A DNA stretch of 64,000 nucleotides from Cyanophyceae cyanobacterium (GCA_050331735.1 JBHJGN010000021.1:20918-84917), one strand, 5' to 3'. Shown: positions 1-9,874, counted from the stretch's first letter. A program made the numbers and translations. Notes: a model not told the origin generated them from the sequence alone.

Positions 1-555
1 CAGGTTCCACCAGCCTACAGCGCTATTCAGCGCGAAGGACAACGGCTGTACGAGTTGGCCAGGCGCGGAGAAACGGTGGAGGTGCCAACGCGCACGGTGT
101 GGGTCAAGCGGATGGAGATGCTTCACTGGTATCCGGGAGAATTTCCAGAACTGGAAGTCGCGATCGCCTGCGGGAGTGGCACCTATATCCGAGCGATCGC
201 CCGCGATGTTGGCGCGGCATTGGGGGTCGGCGGAACTCTCGCGGCTTTAAAGCGCACCGCTAGCGGCGGTTTTCAACTCGAGGAGAGCCTCAGCTTTGAG
301 CAAATCGAAGGGCAGCTTCAGCAAGGTACTTTTTCTCTGATTCCGCCGCCGATTGCCCTTAGCCATCTGCCTGTCGTTCAGCTAGCGCCACCGGAAGCGA
401 GGCGCTGGTGCCAAGGACAGAAACTAGCGATCACCGCCACTAAGATTACGGGAAATATTGTTCGCGTTCAGCAGGAAGGCCAGTTTCTCGGGATCGCTCA
501 ACGGCTAGAATCATTGCCTCATGAGGTGTTGGTTCCTAAAATCGTTGTTAGCTAA
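1..555 (+). CDS. truB: tRNA pseudouridine(55) synthase, 3' part (runs off left edge)
   Basis: Frame open from base 1: QVPPAYSAIQREGQRLYELAR...CGSGTYIRAIARDVG...LKRTASGGF, which are TruB motifs. Confidence 0.95.
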   Translation, partial: QVPPAYSAIQREGQRLYELARRGETVEVPTRTVWVKRMEMLHWYPGEFPELEVAIACGSGTYIRAIARDVGAALGVGGTLAALKRTASGGFQLEESLSFEQIEGQLQQGTFSLIPPPIALSHLPVVQLAPPEARRWCQGQKLAITATKITGNIVRVQQEGQFLGIAQRLESLPHEVLVPKIVVS

Positions 556-635
556 GTAATTTTGCCCAGCTATTGCCAAAGCTAAAATTCGCTCTTAAGA
601 TAGATGCGCTTTGGTTTTGCCGTCGGCGACTAGAA

Positions 636-3600
636 ATGACCGAAATTCCCCTATTGTTAATTAGTCAACAGGAAGCAGATGAGCATCAGTTGAAGGCTCT
701 GCTGACTCAGCTTGACAGCTCTTATCAACTAAAGCGGTTGACCCCCTCTAATTTAACAGCGGCACAGCTAGCAGATTACGAAATTTATGTAGTCGCTAGC
801 CAGAGGTTGGTGGCAGCGATCGCCCCAAAAGTTGCGCCGGCCCCGGTAATTTTTTTGACAGACAATACTGAATTAGGAACAGCCGCCCTAGAAGCGGGTG
901 CGGCTGACTATTTAGAAAGAAGTCAACTGAGCGCTCCTCTATTAGAAAAATCCCTGCGTCTCACCCTTGCCTGCGCTCAGGCAAAGCGTTGGCAGCAGGA
1001 ACTTCTCAAGAAACAACGATTAGCTAAATTAGACGAGTGTGCCGGTGTTCAGAGCTTTGAGCCTTATATTGAATCTGCTAAACAACAGTTACAAACTTTT
1101 CAACAAAGTGTAGCTTCTTCATCTTTATCAGAAAAATTTCTGGCCGAGGTATTCGAGCAACTGACAGATTGCTTAGAAGAGTTGCAGGTGCAGAATGAGG
1201 AGTTGTTGGCTACCCATTGGCTCGTTCAGGAGAATCAGCGCTATCAAGACTTGTTTGAGTTTGCTCCAGATGGATATTTAGTGACGGATCGAAAGGGCAT
1301 AATTCAGGAAGCCAATAGCGCAGCAGCAACGTTGCTGAACATGCGCCAGCAGTTTTTAATTGGTAAACCGTTACTCGTCTATATCGCTTCAGCAGCTCGT
1401 CAAACCTACGAGCGTAGATTGATGCAGACTCAGCAGTTCCAAGAGTGGGACTTATGCTTACAGCCGCGTGAAGGTCAACCGTTTCCAGCATCCGTCAGGA
1501 TTTCTGCCATCTTCAATGCTCAAAATGAATTAGTCGGCTGGCGCTGGCTCATCCGAGACATTACAGAACGTAAGCAAGCTGAAGCCGCTCTCCAACAGCA
1601 AACAGAAATCCTTCAGACTATCTTTGACCATATTCCTGTGATGATTGCTCGCTTTGATGCCAGCGGACGGATTGAGCTAATTAATCGGGAGCTGGAGAGG
1701 ACTTTAGGCTGGTCGTTGGCAGAATGGCAGCAGCAAGATCTGTTGGCAGAATGCTACCCCGATCCGGAATACCGCCAGCAAGTTGGGAAGCACATGCAGG
1801 AGGCGACGCACCAATGGCAGGATTTGAAAACCAGAGTGCGGGATGGTCGAGTGATTGATACGTCTTGGCGAAACGTGCGGCTTTCGGACGGAACTGGCAT
1901 TGGTATCGGGCAAGATATCAGCAAGCGCAAGCGGGATGAAGAACAGCTCCGCGCTCGACTCGCGTTAGAAACCGCCTTAGCTGAGACATCAAAATTGTTA
2001 GCAACTCGTGAAGTGGTTGATTTAAACGAGGTGCTGGCGCTCCTTGCTGATGCGGTGGAGGCAAACCGAGTTTTCTTGCTGCGGCTTCACCAGGGGACCA
2101 AGGCAGACGTTGCCCATGAATGGTGTGACAGCGAGAGCCAATCGATTGCTGAGCGGTTTCAGAATTTAGAGATGACGCAGTTTCGGTGGTGGCTAGACCA
2201 ATTAGAACGCAATCAAAATGTAGCGATCGCAGATGTGGAAGCAATGCCAGCCGCCGCTCAGGTAGAAAAAGAGATCCTCAAGTCAATCAAGGTTTGCGCG
2301 TTGATTGCTGCGCCTATTTTTGATACTTCCGGTCAACTGTGGGGCAGTATTGGCTTTCATCTCACTCGCCAAGGCGGTCGGCAGTGGTCAGCAGAAGACG
2401 CTCAACTGCTGCGAGCCGTCGGCGATACGATCTATAGCTACTGTTTGCGGGTGCAAACTCAGAATCAGCTTCGTGCTTCAGAAACGCTCTACGCAGAAAT
2501 TTTCAATCACTCGGCTGAGCCTTTTATCCTGCTTAAGGTTCTGCCCAACAACGAGTTTGTCTATGAAACGGTTAATCCTGCCTATACCAGGTTAACGGGC
2601 ATTGCTCAACAGGAGATCGTTGGCCAAACGCTGACCCAGGCTTGGCCGCCAGCGCTCGCGGCTCTATTTACTCGCCGCTGCTGCGAGTGTTTAGCGGCTG
2701 GTGAAGCGATTAATTTTGAAGACGTTTTCGATACTCCCCGTGGCAGGCGCACCAGCTACACATCTTTAGTGCCGCTCCGGGATAGTATGGGTCAGATTAC
2801 TCAGATTTTTGGCTCGGCGAGAGATATTACTGAAGAAAAACAGGCGATCGCCGAACAAATTCGTCTTACTCAGTACCAGCGGCTGTTAGCGTCTCTGGTT
2901 GTAAAAATTCGCCAGTCCTGGAGCCTAGGAGAAATCTTGCAAACGGCTGTAGACGAGGTACAAAAAACGCTTCAGGTAGAGCGGGTTGTATTTGTTCGTC
3001 TTTTGTCTGACAAAGCCGGTACAGTGACTCATGAAGCTGTGCTCCCGCCGTTTGGGGCAATACGGGGGCAAGACTTAATGATTAATGACTGCCTGCAAGC
3101 TGTGAAAGAAAACTATCAGCAGGGAACAGTTCCAAGCTGCGCTGATGTTCTCAACGCCGAGTTCGCGGCTGCTTCTAGAGACTTGCTTGAGCGATACCAA
3201 GTGCGCGCCTATATCACCGTACCAATTTTACTGAAGCAGCCCATCCAAGAACACGATCCCCAGGCTTCTCCTGCTCTAGCTGACGAACCAACCGTCTGGG
3301 GTTTACTCGTTGTCCATCAATGCAGTGGACCGCGAGCCTGGACAGGGGATGAAACGGATCTACTGATGCAGCTAGCGATGCAGCTTACTATCGCCCTGGA
3401 GCAAGCGCAACTGCAGGAGCAAGAAACCCGTCAGCGCCAGGAATTAGGCCGCTCGAACGCGGCACTAGAAGAGTTTGCCTATGTTGCTTCCCACGATCTG
3501 CAAGCTCCGCTACAAACCATTGCTAGCTACGCCAAGCTTTTAGAGCGACGCTATCATAACCGACTCGATGCCAAAGCGATTCGATACATTGACTATATTG

Positions 3601-4121
3601 TTAGCGGTGCGCAGCGGATGCAAACACAGATTAAAGATCTGCTCCAATATGCTCGCGTCAGCTCTTACAAGCAACCTTTTGCGCCTACCGACCTGAATGA
3701 GGTTCTCGAGCAGGCGATCGCTAATCTCAGCTTATTAATCGATCAACATCAGGCATCGATTGCCGTCAGTGAGTTGCCTACCGTGATGGCAGACTGCTCA
3801 CAGTTGGTTCAGCTCTTTCAAAATTTGCTCAGTAACGCTATTAAGTATCATAGTGAGAATCTGCCAGTCATTCGAGTCGAATCTACCCGTCAAGCGAATC
3901 GCTGGATCATTACCGTTAGCGACAACGGAATCGGCATTGACCCAAAATATTTCGAGCGGATCTTCCAAGTTTTTCAGCGTCTGCACACTCAAGAAGAATA
4001 TTCTGGCAACGGCATTGGTTTAGCGATTTGTAAAAAAATTGTTGAGTACCACGGTGGGGAAATTTGGGTTTATTCGTCAGTTGGTCAAGGTTCTCGGTTT
4101 TCTATTGCCTTTCCAAATTAA
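636..4121 (+). CDS. Multi-sensor histidine kinase (degenerate REC, PAS x3, GAF x2, HisKA, HATPase; Cph1/BphP-type transmitter)
   Basis: FAYVASHDLQAPL H-box, QLFQNLLSNAIKY, DNGIGI, GNGIGLAICKKIVEYHGG; PAS ends RDITERK/QDISKRK/RDITEEK; ATG at 636 preferred over TTG 573. Confidence 0.92.
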   Translation: MTEIPLLLISQQEADEHQLKALLTQLDSSYQLKRLTPSNLTAAQLADYEIYVVASQRLVAAIAPKVAPAPVIFLTDNTELGTAALEAGAADYLERSQLSAPLLEKSLRLTLACAQAKRWQQELLKKQRLAKLDECAGVQSFEPYIESAKQQLQTFQQSVASSSLSEKFLAEVFEQLTDCLEELQVQNEELLATHWLVQENQRYQDLFEFAPDGYLVTDRKGIIQEANSAAATLLNMRQQFLIGKPLLVYIASAARQTYERRLMQTQQFQEWDLCLQPREGQPFPASVRISAIFNAQNELVGWRWLIRDITERKQAEAALQQQTEILQTIFDHIPVMIARFDASGRIELINRELERTLGWSLAEWQQQDLLAECYPDPEYRQQVGKHMQEATHQWQDLKTRVRDGRVIDTSWRNVRLSDGTGIGIGQDISKRKRDEEQLRARLALETALAETSKLLATREVVDLNEVLALLADAVEANRVFLLRLHQGTKADVAHEWCDSESQSIAERFQNLEMTQFRWWLDQLERNQNVAIADVEAMPAAAQVEKEILKSIKVCALIAAPIFDTSGQLWGSIGFHLTRQGGRQWSAEDAQLLRAVGDTIYSYCLRVQTQNQLRASETLYAEIFNHSAEPFILLKVLPNNEFVYETVNPAYTRLTGIAQQEIVGQTLTQAWPPALAALFTRRCCECLAAGEAINFEDVFDTPRGRRTSYTSLVPLRDSMGQITQIFGSARDITEEKQAIAEQIRLTQYQRLLASLVVKIRQSWSLGEILQTAVDEVQKTLQVERVVFVRLLSDKAGTVTHEAVLPPFGAIRGQDLMINDCLQAVKENYQQGTVPSCADVLNAEFAAASRDLLERYQVRAYITVPILLKQPIQEHDPQASPALADEPTVWGLLVVHQCSGPRAWTGDETDLLMQLAMQLTIALEQAQLQEQETRQRQELGRSNAALEEFAYVASHDLQAPLQTIASYAKLLERRYHNRLDAKAIRYIDYIVSGAQRMQTQIKDLLQYARVSSYKQPFAPTDLNEVLEQAIANLSLLIDQHQASIAVSELPTVMADCSQLVQLFQNLLSNAIKYHSENLPVIRVESTRQANRWIITVSDNGIGIDPKYFERIFQVFQRLHTQEEYSGNGIGLAICKKIVEYHGGEIWVYSSVGQGSRFSIAFPN

Positions 4122-4179
4122 TCGTTGATTCAATTTTGCTTTCTGCTTTGCTCAACAAGATTCTTTAACCTCTCCATTT

Positions 4180-4201
4180 TTCACGTTTAATTCACGTTTA
4201 T
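4180..4201. promoter_or_regulatory. 11-bp-period direct repeat, candidate regulator site
   Basis: TTCACGTTTAA-TTCACGTTTAT in the AT-rich spacer upstream of the response regulator. Confidence 0.35.
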
Positions 4202-4330
4202 TTGCTAAAGTATTGTTCGATTTATATTTGCTTGTACTTGAGCTTTTAGTGAGAGTTTTGTGAAAACTATCTAGCGTTGCTCGTCAATGTTTGAAACAGC
4301 CTGTCAATCAATCTATTGGCAGAAAAAAAG

Positions 4331-4358
4331 CTTAAGATTTTCCAATAGCAATCTTAAG
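4331..4358. promoter_or_regulatory. Inverted repeat, candidate operator
   Basis: CTTAAGATT-N10-AATCTTAAG about 65 bp upstream of the 4424 start. Confidence 0.35.
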
Positions 4359-4423
4359 AAGATAGAAATACTCTTTGTCGTAAACAAAATAGAATAGAAA
4401 ATGTATAATTTGAGAAAATTTCA

Positions 4424-4858
4424 TTGGATACTCTAATCTCTAACATCCTTCTAATTGAAGACGAAACGAGTATTGTAGAGTTAATAAAAGAAGCTTTAAA
4501 CGAAGCTTCATGCTCTTGTCAACTGCATGTGGTTAGAAGTGGCGAAGAAGGTTTAGATTTTTTACAAAAACTAGGAAGCCATCGGCAAGCACCTCGTCCT
4601 CAGATTATTCTGCTGAACTCAAACCTCCCTAAAATGAGTGGCGATGAATTTTTATTAGTGGTTAAACAAGACGAAAACTTTAAGCAGATTCCAGTCACTG
4701 TACTGACAACTTCGGACGATCCAAGCACTATCCTAAAATACTACAGCCTACACGCTAACTGTTATATTCTTAAATCTACCGATTTAGAACATTTCTTTAG
4801 TAGTATCAAGGCGCTTATAAAGTTTTGGCTAGAAATTGTTACGCTTCCACCCCAGTAG
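4424..4858 (+). CDS. Rcp1-like single-domain response regulator, phosphoacceptor Asp replaced by Asn
   Basis: ILLIEDE...PQIILLNSNLPKMSG...IPVTVLTTS...YSLHANCYILK...FWLEIVTLP. Confidence 0.88.
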   Translation: MDTLISNILLIEDETSIVELIKEALNEASCSCQLHVVRSGEEGLDFLQKLGSHRQAPRPQIILLNSNLPKMSGDEFLLVVKQDENFKQIPVTVLTTSDDPSTILKYYSLHANCYILKSTDLEHFFSSIKALIKFWLEIVTLPPQ

Positions 4859-5160
4859 CGTCATCGGTTCTTCTCTTCAAAAGAGCCTTGCGTCATTAGT
4901 GATTTGGTATCGACAAGAAGCATAACGAGCAAATTTATGCTTCAGTTTTGAGGCTAGAACACTCTTTTTGGCAAAAAGCCATATCTAAATAAAATTTGCG
5001 CAAACTAAGTTATTATTGTTTGTCAAGAAAGCCTCATCGACTCCTAGTTTTATCTTGCTGATTGCAGTAAAAAATGATACACTAGATAGTACTATACTCA
5101 GTATATTTGCTATCTGTATAAGTTGTGAGCGGTAAGGAACAATTGCAGTAAATATCATCA

Positions 5161-6540
5161 GTGGAAAAGAGGCTCAAACTTCTCTTAGTAGAAGATAACA
5201 TTGCTGAAATAGAACTCATACAAGAGCTGTTTACTGAAATACCAGCCAAATTTGAGCTCAAAAATGCTAGGCGGCTTGACGAAGGTTCCAGGTACTTGCA
5301 GCAGGAGCAGTTTGACGTTGTTCTTCTAGACCTGTCGCTTCCGGACAGTCGAGGACTAGAAACCCTTGTCCAAGTTCAATGTCAAGCTTTCCGCGTTCCT
5401 ATTATTGTTTTGACAGCGCTCGATGACGCTAATTTAGCCCTCGAAGCCGTGAGGAGCGGAGCGCAGGATTACTTGGTGAAGGGGCAGCTAGAGGGAGAAC
5501 TATTAGCCCGCTCGATCGATTACGCTATCGAGCGCCAGCAAATTCAGGAAACTCTTCGTAGACAGGTAGACAAAGAAAGACTGTTAGTCAAGACTGCTGA
5601 ACGCCTTCATCGGACGTTTAACCTTGCCAATATTTGGCAAACTACGGTAGAAGCCATTGAGCAGTTCATCAGTCCGACCAGCGTTACCCTCTATTACTGC
5701 TTAGCTGAACGAACCTCTTGGCAGGGCGAGGCGATGCAGCACAGTAGCGAGAATACCCTGACGCTACCAATTTTACAGCATGAAATAGTCGCCCAAGAAC
5801 TGCCAGTTGTTAACCTAGTCCGGGAAAATCAGCTTTGGGGAAGATTAACTATTCAAAAGGAAGAGCCTTTGAAAACTTGGGAGGTAGACTTTCTCCAACA
5901 GTTGACTCAGCAGTTGGCAGTTGCCATTCAACAAGCTGAACTTTATCAGCAGCTCGAACAAGCCAACCGAGAACTGCAAAAGCTAGCCATCACCGATGGC
6001 TTAACGAAAATTGCCAACCGCCGCCGATTTGAGGAAAACCTCGCCCAGGAGTGGCAGCGCCTCACCAGAGAGCAACAGCCGCTTTCTCTGCTCCTCTGCG
6101 ATATCGATAGCTTTAAAGCCTATAACGATACCTACGGTCATCCTGCCGGAGACGCTTGCCTCCAGAAAGTTTCTGAAGTGATTCAGCAGTCGATTCAGCG
6201 TCCAGCCGATTTGGTCGCTCGCTATGGCGGCGAAGAATTTGCCGTCCTGCTTCCCAATACTAACTCCAGAGGAGCTCTCAAAGTCGCGCGCAGAATTGCT
6301 CGCCAGCTTGCCGTTCAAAAGCTGCCCCACCGCGCCACTCGCGTTCCAACAGCCAATAGCCAGGTCACTCTTAGCATCGGCACTGCCACTCAAATTCCCG
6401 AGGGCCAGTCTCCGGTTGTGTTAGTGATGGCTGCGGATGCAGCACTGTATCAAGCCAAGAATAGGAGACGAAATCAGATTGTGCAGGCAGGGGAAGACGG
6501 GGGAAATGTCCCGGCGGGACGGGGAAAGGGAAATTATTAA
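5161..6540 (+). CDS. REC-(short GAF-like)-GGDEF diguanylate cyclase
   Basis: LLDLSLPD receiver; DGLTKIANRRRF; RPADLVARYGGEEF (intact I-site and A-site). Confidence 0.93.
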   Translation: MEKRLKLLLVEDNIAEIELIQELFTEIPAKFELKNARRLDEGSRYLQQEQFDVVLLDLSLPDSRGLETLVQVQCQAFRVPIIVLTALDDANLALEAVRSGAQDYLVKGQLEGELLARSIDYAIERQQIQETLRRQVDKERLLVKTAERLHRTFNLANIWQTTVEAIEQFISPTSVTLYYCLAERTSWQGEAMQHSSENTLTLPILQHEIVAQELPVVNLVRENQLWGRLTIQKEEPLKTWEVDFLQQLTQQLAVAIQQAELYQQLEQANRELQKLAITDGLTKIANRRRFEENLAQEWQRLTREQQPLSLLLCDIDSFKAYNDTYGHPAGDACLQKVSEVIQQSIQRPADLVARYGGEEFAVLLPNTNSRGALKVARRIARQLAVQKLPHRATRVPTANSQVTLSIGTATQIPEGQSPVVLVMAADAALYQAKNRRRNQIVQAGEDGGNVPAGRGKGNY

Positions 6541-6902
6541 TGAGTCTTTTCGATAGCAGGGCGGTTTGGATCGAATGGTCTTATACCATTTACCGAAAGG
6601 AGTGAGATAGTTCTCCTAACTAACAAAGAGTTGGCTCTTAAAAGGGAAAGGCTTGCTGTGTTTACCTTTCCCCCTGACCCTTTCCCCTTTTCCCCAACGG
6701 CTCAAGTCTCTCATGACTTTTTCTAATTGGTATTAGAAGTACTGCAAGAGCTTGCGTCCGAAATAAACTAAAATCTATCTAACCAAAGTTTTTGGCTGTT
6801 GCTACTAGCGTTCGTTGAAGAGCGAACAATAGCAATAGCTCCCTTTCCCCCTTACCCGTCGCGGAGCGACAGTTTTCCCTTTCCCCGTCCCACCGGGACT
6901 TT
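6499..6902. repeat. Hairpin + G-heptamer repeat locus A (inward-facing arms)
   Basis: 6508-6533 GTCCCGGCGGGACGGGGAAAGGGAAA matches reverse complement of 6874-6899 at 25/26; extra unit GTCGC-TCC-GCGAC (- strand) at 6858-6870. Confidence 0.85.
6582..6735. mobile_element. MITE-like element (about 154 bp) with imperfect terminal inverted repeats
   Basis: 6583-6610 vs reverse complement of 6706-6733 match 19/28 (ATACCA...TGGTAT), TA-flanked, no ORF, internal TTTCCCC heptamers. Confidence 0.55.
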
Positions 6903-6906
6903 ATTT

Positions 6907-8829
6907 ATGCCTACTGCCTCTTACGGTTCTTGGAAATCACCAATCGCTTCCGATCTGATTGTCTCTGAAACAATTCGATTGGGAGGCGTTACGGTTGATG
7001 GGAAAGACCTCTACTGGTTAGAAGGACGACCAACTGAAGGAGGCAGAAATGTGCTGGTGCGTCGGTCTCCAGAGGGTCAGACCGATGTCACGCCCGCTCC
7101 CTTTAACGTGCGTACTAAAGTTCATGAGTATGGTGGTGCGGCTTATGTAGTGAGCGATCGCACCCGATATTTTGTCAATTTTGTGGACCAGCGCCTGTAT
7201 AAACAGCCGCTTAATTCTCAGCCGGAACCGCTTACGGACGAGTCGCCACGACGCTATGCAGATGCCGTGGTCGATCGATCTAGAGAGCGTTTGATCTGCG
7301 TCTGCGAAGACCATACAAATGCCGAACAGGAACCGGAAAACACGTTAGCCACTGTCGATCTGAAGACGGGAGCAGTGACCGTTTTGGTCAGCGGCAGTGA
7401 TTTTTATTCTTCTCCCCGGATGAGTCCAGACGGCACTCAGCTAGCGTGGCTAAGCTGGAATCACCCGCACATGCCTTGGGACAGTACCCAACTGTGGGTC
7501 GCCACAGTTAAAGCGGATGGAACGTTAGCAGAAAAACAGTGCATTGCTGGCGGAGTCGATGAATCTGTTTGTGAACCGCAGTGGTCCCCAGACGGCAAGC
7601 TGTACTTCAGCAGCGATCACACCGGCTGGTGGAATCTCTACAGACTCGGAGACCAAGGCGCTGAGCTACTGTACGAAATCGAGGCGGAATTTGGCTATCC
7701 TCACTGGGTGTTTGGCATCTCGACCTATGCCTTCGCCTCGGCTGCGGAAATCATTTGCACCTATACTCAAAACGGTTGCTGGCACTTGGCGCGGTTAAAT
7801 ATTCAGACGAAGCAGCTAGCACCTATCGATGTTCCCTATACAAGCATCGCCTCGCTGTGCTGCCGTCACGGGCAAGCTATTTTTATTGGCGGCGCACCGA
7901 CCCAGCCAACGGCGGTAGTATCTCTCGATTTAGCCTCAAATCGGTTAGAGATCCTCAAATCTTCAGCGCAGATTCAGGTCGATGCGGCCTATCTTTCCTC
8001 TCCAGAGGCGATCGCCTTTTCCACCGCCAACGACCTCACGGCTTATGCCTGGTTCTATCCGCCGACGAACCCCGACTACACCGCCCCCGAAGGAACGCTG
8101 CCGCCGCTGATCGTCAGAAGCCACGGGGGGCCGACGGCGGCGGCGGAAGCAACGCTGAGCTGGAAAATCCAGTACTGGACGAGTCGCGGTTTTGCCTATG
8201 TAGATGTCAACTACGGCGGCAGTACCGGGTATGGCCGCGCCTACCGTCAGCGACTGCATCAGCAGTGGGGCATTGTGGATATCGACGACTGCGTAAACGC
8301 CGCCAAGTATCTGGTGCGCCAAGGACGAGTCGATGGCGAGAAATTAGCGATCGCCGGCAGCAGCGCTGGAGGCTATACAACTCTAGCAGCGCTGACCTTC
8401 CGCGACACCTTCAAAGCCGGAGCCAGCTACTATGGCGTGAGCGACCTAAAAATTTTGGCTCAAGAAACCCACAAGTTTGAGTCTCGCTATCTCGATGGAT
8501 TAGTGGGAGCATACCCGCAAGAGAAAGCGGTGTATGAAGCGCGATCGCCAATTCATTTCACCCATCGTTTAAACTGTCCGGTAATCTTTTTTCAGGGACT
8601 GGAGGACCGCGTCGTTCCCCCCAATCAGGCTGAAATCATGTTTGCCGCGCTCAAGGCCAAAGGACTTCCGGTTGCCTACCTAGGGTTTGAGGGAGAACAG
8701 CACGGTTTTCGTCGTGCCGAAACCATTAAGCGATCGCTAGATGCTGAACTGTATTTCTACTCCCGCGTATTCGGTTTTCCCCGTTCTGATGTTGAGCCGG
8801 TCGAAATTATCAACCGATCTGAGGATTAA
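6907..8829 (+). CDS. S9 family (prolyl oligopeptidase/acylaminoacyl-type) peptidase
   Basis: TASYGSWKSPI N-terminus, SHGGPT, GSSAGGY nucleophile, QGLEDRVVPP, GEQHGFR. Confidence 0.93.
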   Translation: MPTASYGSWKSPIASDLIVSETIRLGGVTVDGKDLYWLEGRPTEGGRNVLVRRSPEGQTDVTPAPFNVRTKVHEYGGAAYVVSDRTRYFVNFVDQRLYKQPLNSQPEPLTDESPRRYADAVVDRSRERLICVCEDHTNAEQEPENTLATVDLKTGAVTVLVSGSDFYSSPRMSPDGTQLAWLSWNHPHMPWDSTQLWVATVKADGTLAEKQCIAGGVDESVCEPQWSPDGKLYFSSDHTGWWNLYRLGDQGAELLYEIEAEFGYPHWVFGISTYAFASAAEIICTYTQNGCWHLARLNIQTKQLAPIDVPYTSIASLCCRHGQAIFIGGAPTQPTAVVSLDLASNRLEILKSSAQIQVDAAYLSSPEAIAFSTANDLTAYAWFYPPTNPDYTAPEGTLPPLIVRSHGGPTAAAEATLSWKIQYWTSRGFAYVDVNYGGSTGYGRAYRQRLHQQWGIVDIDDCVNAAKYLVRQGRVDGEKLAIAGSSAGGYTTLAALTFRDTFKAGASYYGVSDLKILAQETHKFESRYLDGLVGAYPQEKAVYEARSPIHFTHRLNCPVIFFQGLEDRVVPPNQAEIMFAALKAKGLPVAYLGFEGEQHGFRRAETIKRSLDAELYFYSRVFGFPRSDVEPVEIINRSED

Positions 8830-9874
8830 GCGTTAGAGTTTTTAGAACTACGCCGTTCCGTCCTCGCTCTTTGACTTCGTAGAGTGCTTGATCGGCCATC
8901 GACACTATCGTTTCTGAAGATAGTTCCAATCTGGGAATCAAGCTAGCAACCCCTAAACTGAGACTAACGTACTGGCTAACTTGTGAAGCGGCATGTTCAA
9001 TCTTTAGCTGCTGTACTTTGCTTCTAATCTCTTCAGCCACCGTCGTGGCTCCTTGAGCCTCAGTATTGGGCAGAACCACGACAAACTCTTCTCCTCCATA
9101 GCGGGCCGCCAAGTCGGCAGGACGCTTCACCGAAACTCTGATGGCTCTTGCCACCTGTCTTAAACAGTCGTCCCCCTGCTGATGGCCGTAGTGGTCGTTG
9201 TAGAGCTTAAAGTAATCTATGTCGCACAGAATGAGAGACAGCACCATTTTTTCCCGGGCAGCTCGCCGCCACTCTCGCTGCAAATAATCGTTGAATCTCC
9301 GTCGATTAGCAACTTCTGTTAGCGGATCTATTGTTGCTAAACGCAGTAATTCCTGGTTAACTTTTTCTAGTTCAGCAGTGCGCTGAGAGATTATGTCTGA
9401 CTGCTGACGAGTCAACTCTGCTAGCTTCTGATTCATGATTTGGAGCTGCAAATGTTGCTGATTAATTTGCTTTTTTTGGCAATAACTATTGACAGCTTCT
9501 GTTGCTGTAAGTTTCAAATCTTCTGATTGCCAAGGTTTAGGGATAAAGCGATATAAATTGGCGTACTTGATCGCATTAGTTACTCCTTCTAAATCTGCTT
9601 GCCCCGTCAGCATAATTTTGAGAGTACTAGGAACTTGAAGATGAATCTGCTTGAGTAGCTCGTCTCCTCTCAAATCGGGCAAAATATAGTCAGAAATAAC
9701 GAGGGCAATTTCTTCACCATCTTTTAGGAGTTCATCCAATAACTCTAAAGCTTCTTGGGCAGTTTCAGCAGTTTCTACAATACATCTGTCTCGTAAAACT
9801 TTGTTTAGCTCTATTTTGAGACTATCTAAAATGGTTGGTTCATCATCAACACAGATGACGTAAGGCTTATTCAT
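8810..9874 (-). CDS. REC-GGDEF diguanylate cyclase
   Basis: ICVDDE...VISDYILP receiver; DPLTEVANRRRF; RPADLAARYGGEEF. Confidence 0.93.
   Translation of the reverse strand: MNKPYVICVDDEPTILDSLKIELNKVLRDRCIVETAETAQEALELLDELLKDGEEIALVISDYILPDLRGDELLKQIHLQVPSTLKIMLTGQADLEGVTNAIKYANLYRFIPKPWQSEDLKLTATEAVNSYCQKKQINQQHLQLQIMNQKLAELTRQQSDIISQRTAELEKVNQELLRLATIDPLTEVANRRRFNDYLQREWRRAAREKMVLSLILCDIDYFKLYNDHYGHQQGDDCLRQVARAIRVSVKRPADLAARYGGEEFVVVLPNTEAQGATTVAEEIRSKVQQLKIEHAASQVSQYVSLSLGVASLIPRLELSSETIVSMADQALYEVKERGRNGVVLKTLTLNPQIG

Noticed and set aside
6799..6906. N-terminal extension of the S9 peptidase
   Set aside because: Encoded by the repeat arm; the family start MPTASYGSW is at 6907.
7755..8480. 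241-aa alternate-frame ORF
   Set aside because: Wholly inside the S9 peptidase, Arg-rich shadow frame; the same applies to the other nested and antisense ORFs (e.g. 49652-50209, 52504-53055, 60551-61102).
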